Made by a program: the position numbers and the translations under genes. The notes beneath the pieces are model-generated. The model saw nothing but the letters and a program-made list of their open reading frames with translations. It was not told the DNA's origin and made no database searches. From NCBI GenBank assembly GCA_965223265.1, contig OZ244999.1, positions 7,776,001 to 7,840,000 of the forward strand: 64,000 nt of DNA, read 5' to 3'. Origin of the DNA: Planctomycetota bacterium. Its GTDB lineage: Bacteria > Planctomycetota > UBA8108 > SXIK01. Below, piece after piece: positions 9,947 through 18,765 of the stretch; the first letter of the stretch is position 1, and each line of letters begins with the position of its first letter.

Positions 9947-12352
9947 TCACTCCCGCGTCACGGCCGCGTCGAGATTGAGAAGCGCGTTCGCGACTGTCGT
10001 CCAAGCCGCCAGCTCAGCCAGCGCGGCGGCGTCCTCACCACGGTTGACGGCGACCGACTCACTACCACGGGCAACTGCCTGTGCCGCGCTCTGGTCGGCG
10101 CGGTAGCGCGAAAGCTGCGTCTCGTAGAGCCGTATCAAGACGTCGATCTCCCGCGACGACGGCTTGTGAGTGAGCACTAACCGAAACGCGTAGTCGACTC
10201 GAGAGCGCACCGTTGGCTGCGAATGCTTCAAGATGCGGCCAGCCACCGCGGTCGCCGCCTCAAAAAAAACTGGATCGTTGAGCGTCACCAGCGCCTGCAG
10301 CGGTGTGTTGGTTCGGGGCCGCTCGGAGACGCACGTTTCGCGACTCGGCGCGTCGAAAATCATCAGGGACGGATACGGCGTCGTGCGGCGCCAAAAAGTG
10401 TAGAGTCCGCGCCGCAATCGATCTTCACCCTCGCTCTGACGCCACTTCCAATCACGACTTTTATCGTCGAAGTATCCGGCTGGCTGCGGCGGCATGACGC
10501 TCGGCCCACCGATGCGCCGCGACAGGAGGCCCGCGACGTGCAGCGCATTGTCACGAATCTCCTCGGCCGCGAGGCGGTACCGAGACGATCGCCAGTACAG
10601 TCGATTCTCCGGATCGATCTCCTCTGCTCGTGCGTCCAGGGCGTACGACTGGCGGTAAGTAGCCGAGAGCAAAATCGAACGCTGAAGCGCTTTGATATCC
10701 CAACCGAGGCGCACGAACTCGGTCGCCAACCAGTCGAGGAGCTCGGGATGCGACGGCGCTTCACCGCGCGTGCCAAAGTCGTTGAGCGTCTTCACTAGCC
10801 CGACGCCGAAGATCTCCGCCCAAAGGCGATTCGCGGTGACGCGCGCCACTAGTGGATGCTGCGGATCGATCAGCCACTTCGCCAGGTCGAGGCGATCTGG
10901 CACGCCGTCAGCGTCACGGGTAAGACGCGGCAACGCACTGGGGGCGGCAGGAGTGACTTCCTCGCCGCGACGGCGAAAGTCACCACGCTCCAGGACGAAC
11001 GCTGCGCGCCGCGTTGACGCCTCCTGCATAACGAGCGTCGTCGGAACCTCTTTGTCGAGCGTTCGCCGCTGGTCCTGAAGCTTCTTCAGCCCTTCGCTGA
11101 GCTTCTGGTGCGCTGCATCGAAGTGGCGTAGAAAGAAGGCGTGGAGACGCTTCGAGTCTTCCTCGCTGCGCTCCTGACGCGGAGTCGAAGCGAGGGCGCG
11201 AATCTCCTGGACCTCCGCGCCGTCAAGGTCGGCCGCGAACGGAACGTTACCGCTGGCCACCTCGATCTGCCAGTCGGCGAATGCATCGGCCGTCGCCGTC
11301 TCACGGGCGCGGATCTTCGCTTCAGCAGCGACGATTTCCGTTTCGATCCGCGTTTTCGCCTCAAGCTGCGCCGGCGTTGGGAGTTCGAGAAACGGTGGCT
11401 GACGCCGCCGCTTCGAGACACCGAGCTCCCCTTCGAGGCTGTTGAAGAAAGCGTAGAGTTGGTAGTAGTCTCGCTGCGAGATTGGATCGTACTTGTGATC
11501 ATGACACTGCGCGCACTCGAAGGTGAGACCGAGCCAAGTCGTAGCTGTCGCATTCGTGCGATCGACCGCGTAGACGACGAGGAACTCTTCCGGATCGGAG
11601 CCCCCTTCCTCATTGAACCGATGATTGCGATTGAACCCCGATGCAACCCGCTGCGTGACGGTTGCATTCGGCAGCAAATCACCGGCGATGTTCTCGATCG
11701 TGAACTGATCAAACGTCAAGTTCCGGTTGAACGCATTGATGACGTAGTCGCGATACGGCCACATCGTCCGCACACCGTCGTCCTGGTAGCCGTTCGTGTC
11801 GCCAAAACGCGCCAGGTCGAGCCACGAACGGGCGAGCTTCTCGCCGCACGCTGGATCGGCGAGCACGCGGTCCACGTAGCGCTCGTAGGCACCAGCTCGG
11901 CGGTCCGCGGCGAACGCGTCCACTTCCTCGACGCTCGGTGGGAGGCCACGCAGGTCGAACGAAACACGACGCGCGAGAGTGACGCGATCCGCGGTGGGCG
12001 AGGGGCGAAGATCGACGGCGGCGAGACGCGCGGCGATGAATCGGTCGATCTCGTTTCGCGCCCAACTCGTCTGAGGCGTGGGAACGGTTGGGCGTCGGGG
12101 CGGGACAAAAGCCCAGTGTTGATCGGCAAAAACGAGCCCGGGAGCAACCCCGATCGTCGCGCAGGCAACGAAAACTCGAAACGAAAGACGCGCTGTACCC
12201 ATCGAGACCACATCCGTTCTGCGCCAGACGAACGCCGACAAGCTGCGTCTCGTCGTACACAGGCTAACGGCCATTATGCCGCGGCCGCAGGCGCGATGCG
12301 ATGGTTTCGACGGCACGACACTGGCGCCTAGTTCCTCGCGCCCGGGAATCAC
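9947..12352 (-). CDS. DUF1549/DUF1553 (PSCyt2/PSD1) protein; true start may be near 12202
   Basis: HWAF, RRVSFDLRGLPP, WLDLARFGDTNG, CAQCHDHKYDP, PSHPELLDWLA and TNTPLQAL motifs. Confidence 0.93.
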   Translation of the reverse strand: MIPGREELGASVVPSKPSHRACGRGIMAVSLCTTRRSLSAFVWRRTDVVSMGTARLSFRVFVACATIGVAPGLVFADQHWAFVPPRRPTVPTPQTSWARNEIDRFIAARLAAVDLRPSPTADRVTLARRVSFDLRGLPPSVEEVDAFAADRRAGAYERYVDRVLADPACGEKLARSWLDLARFGDTNGYQDDGVRTMWPYRDYVINAFNRNLTFDQFTIENIAGDLLPNATVTQRVASGFNRNHRFNEEGGSDPEEFLVVYAVDRTNATATTWLGLTFECAQCHDHKYDPISQRDYYQLYAFFNSLEGELGVSKRRRQPPFLELPTPAQLEAKTRIETEIVAAEAKIRARETATADAFADWQIEVASGNVPFAADLDGAEVQEIRALASTPRQERSEEDSKRLHAFFLRHFDAAHQKLSEGLKKLQDQRRTLDKEVPTTLVMQEASTRRAAFVLERGDFRRRGEEVTPAAPSALPRLTRDADGVPDRLDLAKWLIDPQHPLVARVTANRLWAEIFGVGLVKTLNDFGTRGEAPSHPELLDWLATEFVRLGWDIKALQRSILLSATYRQSYALDARAEEIDPENRLYWRSSRYRLAAEEIRDNALHVAGLLSRRIGGPSVMPPQPAGYFDDKSRDWKWRQSEGEDRLRRGLYTFWRRTTPYPSLMIFDAPSRETCVSERPRTNTPLQALVTLNDPVFFEAATAVAGRILKHSQPTVRSRVDYAFRLVLTHKPSSREIDVLIRLYETQLSRYRADQSAAQAVARGSESVAVNRGEDAAALAELAAWTTVANALLNLDAAVTRE

Positions 12353-12670
12353 ATCGCCGAGTCGTCGTGAGCGATCTCGTTTTCTCGGTTCAGTCGCATC
12401 TGGCGCGCGCGGCCCCGGAGCGGCGCCGAAGTCGAAAACGCGGCGAAATTGTCAGCGACAATGCCCCAACGCCGGCAAGAAAGTGGCGACAAGAGACGTC
12501 TTCAGGTCGGCAAAGAGTGGAGCATTCGCGCGACGTTGAGCCACGTCGGCGTGCTCATGTTCGGCAAGGTAGAGCCGCGGATCGCCGCGTCGCGAACCGC
12601 CGCGACTGACCTGACACGTCGCAATTCTTGAGGAAGAATGCCTCCGTGGCGACCGAAGATCTTGCTGGAT

Positions 12671-13567
12671 TCAATCGACCGCTTCGAGCGGCGCTGACCA
12701 GTTCATCTCACGCGCGGTCACCTCACCGACGACACACTCGCTCAGGTCGCGAACGGGCTCGTCCTTCGCTGCGGAGAGAGGCCGGCCGAGCGCCATGATC
12801 TCCGCTTGCTCCTGCGGAAAGCGGGGCTCACGCATCGGATCGGCATATCCGGCTGGAAAAACGCTGACGCCGTCATACTTGTCGCTGGCGCCAAGTGGGT
12901 GGCACAGCTCGTGCGCGACGATCGCCGTGGTGTTACCCAGAAAGAGAGGCGAAATGGGTGCGAACACGATCCCCATACGGTGCCGCCGCTCGGCAACCGA
13001 ATCGAACTCCGAAAAGAGCTTGCGGCGCTCCTCGTCGTGGAAGTCATAGAAATAAATGAACACGGTCACGTCCGAGTCGTCGAGACTGAGTTCGTCGCCG
13101 TCGCGCAGATCTTCGAAGTAGCGAATGAAAGCTTTGACGCCTCGATAACGCTCCCAAAAGGAGGCCGTCGGCTCGGGCAAGGATGGTGGCAGGTCACGCA
13201 GCCAGAACGGACCGCGGACGTAGAAGTCGAACATGGGGCTTGGATCGCCCGTGTGGCGGGTGTACTCCTTCTGAATCCATTCCTCGACCTCGCGAAAGTT
13301 CTGGTGCGGTGGGGCGGTTCGAGAGATGAAACGTTGGATGAACCACTCCGCTTCCTGGCGATCGCGGCACTGCTCATCGACCACGGCGATGACGCTGATC
13401 GTCAGCGCGCGGTCCCACGCGAACGTGTGGGTGTCGGCGCGGTAGTTGAGATACCCCCAGACCGCCACCCCAAGCAGGACCGTCAACAAAACGCCCTGAC
13501 GACAGTGGCGGATGCGCCGACGGCGACGCTCGCGCTCGGCGTGGGCGGCGGTGCCCTCGAAATACAC
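12671..13567 (-). CDS. Membrane-anchored putative zinc metallopeptidase
   Basis: N-terminal TM helix; AHELCHPLGASDKY (HExxH) followed by an EIMA Met-turn-like motif. Confidence 0.7.
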   Translation of the reverse strand: MYFEGTAAHAERERRRRRIRHCRQGVLLTVLLGVAVWGYLNYRADTHTFAWDRALTISVIAVVDEQCRDRQEAEWFIQRFISRTAPPHQNFREVEEWIQKEYTRHTGDPSPMFDFYVRGPFWLRDLPPSLPEPTASFWERYRGVKAFIRYFEDLRDGDELSLDDSDVTVFIYFYDFHDEERRKLFSEFDSVAERRHRMGIVFAPISPLFLGNTTAIVAHELCHPLGASDKYDGVSVFPAGYADPMREPRFPQEQAEIMALGRPLSAAKDEPVRDLSECVVGEVTAREMNWSAPLEAVD

Positions 13568-13955
13568 GCTTCAGCTTCCTCCGGATCACAGTTGCCGCCG
13601 CGTCGAACGGGCGCGGTCAGTTTGTCTTCTCGGCTCTATACATTTCTCTCATCGGCAGAAAAGGACACCAGGCTCGAGATGGCTCCCCCGCCGTCGGACC
13701 GATTCGGAACGTCGTGCGGGGACGTGGGGACCCTCCCCGGAGTCGGGAATCCAGGCCCTCGGTGCCGCCACCGCCCCTCACGCTCCCGGGCGAAATGAAC
13801 CGTACAAGACCCTCACCAACGAACTGCCGCGGCGGCGCACAGCAGCTTTGCCTGCTCCAGCAGGCAAGCCCGCCTCGGACGCTCTCCGAGCTCACCGACG
13901 GCGAGACAAGCCAACAGACCGGGAAAATCGCGAACCAGCGCGAGCGCCACGACAG

Positions 13956-13961
13956 TATAAT
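13956..13961 (+). promoter_or_regulatory. Candidate sigma-70 -10 box
   Basis: Exact TATAAT about 85 nt upstream of the AGGAGG-preceded ATG at 14047. No clear -35 box. Confidence 0.35.
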
Positions 13962-14046
13962 GGGAACGTTCAGCAGTTGGCTCGGCGAGGGTTCTAGCGC
14001 GCCACGAGCATCCTATTACCATCTTGTAGTCCCCAGGAGGACGGTC

Positions 14047-16875
14047 ATGAAACGGACGTGCCTGTGTGTGTTTTCTTTGGCAGCCGTTCTTGTTGTCGCA
14101 AACTCGCAGACGCTCCGCGCCGCTCCCGATTTTCCCCCATTCAAGGACATCGCCAAAGATTTCAGGAAGATCATCTCGACCCCGGACGGCAGCAGCCTCT
14201 ACTCGATCTGGGTGCGTGATCGCGATGGCTCGATGCTCGCCGAACTGCCACCCAACTTCACGCGTCAGAAATACTTCTTCGCCATGACGGTCGCCAGCGG
14301 CGAGCGCTTCGCAGGACTGCAGGTAAACGACATTTACGTCCAGTGGCGCCGCTACGACCGCCGCCTCGCCCTCATCCAGCCGAATCTACGCGTCCGATCA
14401 ACGGGCGACCAAGAGTCGAAGAAGTCGATTCAGCGCCTCTTCACCGATCGCGTCATCCTGGATGTCCCCATTGTCACCATGGGACCCCGCGGCGGACCGG
14501 TGATCGACATGAAGGCTCTTCTAGTGGGCCAAGCGCCTCGGTTTTTTGGCTTCCTGGCGCGCGGCATCAATCCGCGGCTGTCGACAGTGAAGTCCGCGAA
14601 GGCGTTTCCACAAAACGTCGAGCTTGCGTTCGAGGTACCTATGTTTGGCGGCGTGCTGAAGACGCTGCACTACTCGATCAGTGTCATCCCGGACCGGACC
14701 GGGTACCAGCCGAGAAAGGCGGACTCACGGGTCGGCTATTTCACGACGACGCACCAGGACCTCGGCAACTTCTCCGCCAAGGAGACATGGGTTCGCTATA
14801 TCAATCGCTGGAAACTGGAGAAACGCGATCCATCGCTCAAGCTGAGCCCGCCGAAGGAGCCGATCGTCTTCTACGTCGAGCACACGACCCCGGTCCGCTA
14901 CCGCCGCTGGGTACGCCGCGGCATTCTGCTGTGGAACAAGGCGTTCGAGAAGGTCGGAATCTCCGACGCCATCGAGGTACGCTACCAGGACGGAGCTTCC
15001 GGCGACCACATGGAGAAAGACCCCGAGGACGTCCGCTACAACTTCGTGCGCTGGCTCAACAACGGCATCGGCGTGGCGATTGGGCCCTCCCGAGTCCATC
15101 CGGCGACGGGTCAGATCCTCGACGCCGACATTATCCTCACGGATGGATGGATCCGGAGCTTCGCGCGTGACTTTCGCGAAAAGCTTCCGGAAGTCGCGAC
15201 CGAAGGGTTGAGTCCCGACACACTGGCATGGCTCAACCGCAACCCGAAGTGGCACCCACGCTTCCTCTTTTCGCCACCCTCCGAACGCACGCGCGTCGCG
15301 GCAGAGCTTCTCAAGACGGCTGCGCATAGCCACGGCGGCCATCCGCTCGCCGCGGTCGACTCGGAGATGCTGGGCGACGACGAGTTCGACGGCCTGGTCG
15401 GGCGCGTCAGCCAAGTCAACGGCATGTGCCTGGCAGCCAACGGCAAGGGATTCGATCTCGACCTACTGCGCATGTCACTCGAGCTGATGGAGTTCGAAGT
15501 CGGCGGTCTGGAAGCTAAAGACGACGAAGCGCTCCTCGACGGTGTGCCGGAAGAATTCATCGGTCCCCTGGTCGCCGATCTGGTGGCGCACGAAGTCGGT
15601 CACACGCTCGGCCTGCGCCACAATTTCAAGGCCTCAAGCGTCTACGCGCTCGAGGAGATCAACAGCGACAAAGTCAAAGGCAAGCCGTTCGCTGGTTCTG
15701 TGATGGACTACAACCCTGTGAACATCAATGTGGAGAGCGGTGAGGCCCAAGGCGACTACGGTATGGTCGATATCGGCCCCTACGACATGTGGGCCATCGA
15801 GTACGGTTACTCCCAGACGAACAACCTCAAGCCCATCCTCGACCGCGTCGCCGAACCCGCCCTCGCCTACGCCACGGACGAGGACACCTTCGGGCCTGAC
15901 CCTCTGGCTCGCCGCTACGACCTCGGCTCCAATCCGCTCGAGTACGCTCGCAACCAGATGCGACTCGCGAAGCACCATCGCGAACGCATCGTCGAGAAGT
16001 TCGTCAAGGAAGGGGAGAGCTGGGCGCGAGCGCGACGCGGCTATCAGATGACGCTCATCATGCAGATCCGTGCGATCAGCATCATGTCGGAGTGGATCGG
16101 TGGTTCGCACATTCACCGCGACAAAAAAGGCGACAAGGACGGTCGCCCGCCGGTCTCGGTCGTTGACGCCAAGAAACAGCGTGACGCCCTGGAGTTCATT
16201 CTCGAAAACGCCTTCAAAGACGAGGCGTTCGGTTTGTCTCCCGAGCTCCTGCAGCACATGACCATCGACAAGTGGCTCGACGAGGGTGGATATCGTGATG
16301 CGTTCCAGGATGCAACGTGGCCCGTTCACGATCGCGTCCGCGCGATCCAAGGCGCCGCTCTGACGATGATCATGAATCCGACGACTCTCAGACGCGTTTA
16401 CGACAACGAGCTGCGGACGCCGCCGGACGAGGACATGCTGACGCTGCCGGATCTGCTCACCTCGATTGCTGATGTGGTCTGGAACGAGTTCGACGGTGAA
16501 CCGAAGAAGGAACATACCGATCGCAAGCCATGGATCTCAAGCTTACGTCGCAACCTGCAGCGCGAGCATCTCGAGCGATTGATCGATCTGTCGATGCCGG
16601 ATGCGTCGCTCGGCGCGGCGGAGAAACCGATCTCGAACTTGGCGATGCAGGCGCTCCGAAACATCGAGACCAAAATCTCGTCTCGCTTCGCAGATTCCGA
16701 CAAGATTGACCGCTACTCGCTGGCGCACATGAGCGAGGCCAAGTTGCGCATCAACAAGGCGCTCGACGCCGACTACATCTACAACACAGACGACATCGGG
16801 GGAGGCGGTTTCCCGTTCTTCTTCCTGTTCAAGGAGCCGGGCGAGGCGCCGACGGCAGCCCCACAAGGAAACTAG
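14047..16875 (+). CDS. Secreted zinc-dependent metalloprotease, EcxA-like (DUF5117/DUF4953)
   Basis: RBS AGGAGG and signal peptide; DSRVGYF, PKEPIVFY, HEVGHTLGLRHNF, SVMDY and GPYDMWAIEYGY motifs. Confidence 0.92.
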   Translation: MKRTCLCVFSLAAVLVVANSQTLRAAPDFPPFKDIAKDFRKIISTPDGSSLYSIWVRDRDGSMLAELPPNFTRQKYFFAMTVASGERFAGLQVNDIYVQWRRYDRRLALIQPNLRVRSTGDQESKKSIQRLFTDRVILDVPIVTMGPRGGPVIDMKALLVGQAPRFFGFLARGINPRLSTVKSAKAFPQNVELAFEVPMFGGVLKTLHYSISVIPDRTGYQPRKADSRVGYFTTTHQDLGNFSAKETWVRYINRWKLEKRDPSLKLSPPKEPIVFYVEHTTPVRYRRWVRRGILLWNKAFEKVGISDAIEVRYQDGASGDHMEKDPEDVRYNFVRWLNNGIGVAIGPSRVHPATGQILDADIILTDGWIRSFARDFREKLPEVATEGLSPDTLAWLNRNPKWHPRFLFSPPSERTRVAAELLKTAAHSHGGHPLAAVDSEMLGDDEFDGLVGRVSQVNGMCLAANGKGFDLDLLRMSLELMEFEVGGLEAKDDEALLDGVPEEFIGPLVADLVAHEVGHTLGLRHNFKASSVYALEEINSDKVKGKPFAGSVMDYNPVNINVESGEAQGDYGMVDIGPYDMWAIEYGYSQTNNLKPILDRVAEPALAYATDEDTFGPDPLARRYDLGSNPLEYARNQMRLAKHHRERIVEKFVKEGESWARARRGYQMTLIMQIRAISIMSEWIGGSHIHRDKKGDKDGRPPVSVVDAKKQRDALEFILENAFKDEAFGLSPELLQHMTIDKWLDEGGYRDAFQDATWPVHDRVRAIQGAALTMIMNPTTLRRVYDNELRTPPDEDMLTLPDLLTSIADVVWNEFDGEPKKEHTDRKPWISSLRRNLQREHLERLIDLSMPDASLGAAEKPISNLAMQALRNIETKISSRFADSDKIDRYSLAHMSEAKLRINKALDADYIYNTDDIGGGGFPFFFLFKEPGEAPTAAPQGN

Positions 16876-17001
16876 CGCTCGCTCCACACGAAACAGTCGC
16901 GATCAAGCCCCAGTTCTCACTGCTGCGTGGCCACGCCAGCCCGTTGTGTCGCTCGACGGCCTCTTGGTCGCGTCGATTCTTGCAACAGCTGCCGGAGCTA
17001 G

Positions 17002-17766
17002 CTACGCCGTAAGATCGAGGGTCAACTGCTCTTCGACGCTGCGCAGATCCATCTCAAACTCGATATCGACAACCGGCGGTCGAGCGAGATACCAGTGCAC
17101 GCCACCCAGATTCGCCGCCGGCAGCGCCGAAAGAAGAGCTTCCGTAGCGATCGAGTGGATCGGGTGCGTCGTGTAGACGTCGATAGTGAGCGGGGCGTCT
17201 TCAGAGGCTCCGATCCCTTTGAGTCTCTCGAGCATAACGTCGAGGACAAAGCGCGATTTCTCGTGCAGCGCATCGGGGGTCGTCTCACCGCGACGGACAA
17301 TGCCGTCCGCATCGAGTTTACCGCCGTCACCTAGTTCTCCAGCACCGGCAATGATCAACGTCTGCCGCCGTATGGTTGGGTTCGGGCGTGTGTAGGAAAA
17401 CGCAAAGAGCATCGTCTCCGACGGGGCTTCGCGAAGCGGCGCGACGTTCGTCCGCGCGAGCGGATTCAGGCCGTCGACGTAGAGCCCCCACTCCTTGAGA
17501 ACGCTGCAGTATTCGCTGTTGAATGCAATGAAGCTCTCCATCGTGTGCGGCTGCGGACAACGCAGCTCCATGGCGCACAGATCGACGCGCTGGCGGCCGT
17601 GACGCCGCAGGAATCCGTCGACCCTGTGAAATCCATCGCGCCAAGGAACCGGCTTGACGAGTCGGACATGGACGATCTCAAACCCCGGTTTGGCGATGAC
17701 ACCACAGGAGTACGGATCGATTCCCGTCAGAAAGTGATAGTGACCCTTCGGATTCGGCTGCAGCAT
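17002..17766 (-). CDS. CnbZ-like (2-amino-5-chloromuconate deaminase)/RidA-fold protein
   Basis: PYSCGV, LCAMELR, NPLARTNVAP, AGAGEL and RPPVVDIEFEMD match my recollection of this family. Confidence 0.7.
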   Translation of the reverse strand: MLQPNPKGHYHFLTGIDPYSCGVIAKPGFEIVHVRLVKPVPWRDGFHRVDGFLRRHGRQRVDLCAMELRCPQPHTMESFIAFNSEYCSVLKEWGLYVDGLNPLARTNVAPLREAPSETMLFAFSYTRPNPTIRRQTLIIAGAGELGDGGKLDADGIVRRGETTPDALHEKSRFVLDVMLERLKGIGASEDAPLTIDVYTTHPIHSIATEALLSALPAANLGGVHWYLARPPVVDIEFEMDLRSVEEQLTLDLTA

Positions 17767-18064
17767 GAGGGTAACGATCCTCGATCGTCGACGCGGTCTT
17801 CACGGACCGCCGAAACGGGGCACTGCGACATGCAGCGGTAGGTTTCGACCCGAACCGGACCCCGCGGGGAGCTCTCCTATCTACTGGATTTCGCGGCGGG
17901 AGACAAGCACTCGGCCGCGGCTTGCGGCACGTCGAACTCTGACCTAATATGACCAACGTTGGGGATGCATCTCGAGGCGTGCTCGCGTCGCCGCGGCGGC
18001 CAGTTCAATCACTGAGACAGAAGGCTCTCCCAGCCGCGAAGCCTATTCTGAAAGCAGGTTTTTC

Positions 18065-18463
18065 ATGAGCGGTAGATTTGTCGGCCGCGAAGAAGCGCCG
18101 AGAGAAAAGCTCCCGTGGGGTGAACTGGCATGGGTCAGCCAGCCAACGACGACGCAGACAAAGAATCTCGTCGTCATCAACGTGGAGCTTCTGCCCGGCG
18201 AAGGCCACAACTTCCATAAGCATCCGCAGCAGGAAGAAGTGATCTATGTTCTCGAAGGCGAAGTGCAGCAATGGATCGAAACGGAGAAACGCCTGCTCGG
18301 ATCTGGCGACGCGGCGTTCATCGATCGAGACACGGTACACGCCTCCTTCAACACGGGGAAGACGACAGCACGTCTGCTCGCTATCTTAGGTCCAGCAGTG
18401 GGCGAGGCTGGCTACGAGCTTGTGGACGTGAGCGAAGAGACGCCATGGGTTCGGCTGCGCTGA
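18065..18463 (+). CDS. Cupin domain protein
   Basis: HNFHKHPQQEEVIYVLEG and a downstream VHASFN motif. Confidence 0.88.
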   Translation: MSGRFVGREEAPREKLPWGELAWVSQPTTTQTKNLVVINVELLPGEGHNFHKHPQQEEVIYVLEGEVQQWIETEKRLLGSGDAAFIDRDTVHASFNTGKTTARLLAILGPAVGEAGYELVDVSEETPWVRLR

Positions 18464-18489
18464 CCTCGAGTTTGGCCAATCGGCGCACC

Positions 18490-18564
18490 AAAGTAGCAGG
18501 CACACTCCGTGTGCCGTTCGTTCTTTTTCTCAGGCCACGGCGCGCGGAGCGAGCCCGCTACTTT
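18490..18564. repeat. GTAG-type REP doublet (REPIN-like inverted repeat)
   Basis: AAAGTAGCAGGCACACTCCGTGTGCCGT (18490-18517) and its imperfect reverse complement ACGGCGCGCGGAGCGAGCCCGCTACTTT (18537-18564). The left arm has an internal hairpin GGCACAC-tcc-GTGTGCC. Confidence 0.75.
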
Positions 18565-18765
18565 TCCGGACAGGAGTTTTCGAACGTGCACAAGGGTTTT
18601 CAGAGGTAGAAGAAAAGTCCGAAAGACCTTGGGACCCGGCGAACCCGTCCGGCCCCAGCGCGAGATGAACAGCCAGTCACGCGCGGGTGGAGCCCGCATT
18701 CAGAAGAGTCGAGAGAAGAGAGATCCTACCAGTCAGGGTGGACGGAACGCTGACGGAGACCAACG

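Noticed and set aside
8393-12331. Long antisense ORFs (8393-9250, 11141-12331; likewise 26685-27899, 32665-33738, 45282-46520, 57875-58816)
   Set aside because: They are shadows of well-supported genes on the opposite strand, as expected in high-GC DNA, and have no motifs.
13714-14046. N-terminal extensions in the ORF track (also 34652, 40107, 42713, 47945, 2240)
   Set aside because: RBS positions, stop/start overlaps and domain boundaries favour downstream starts.
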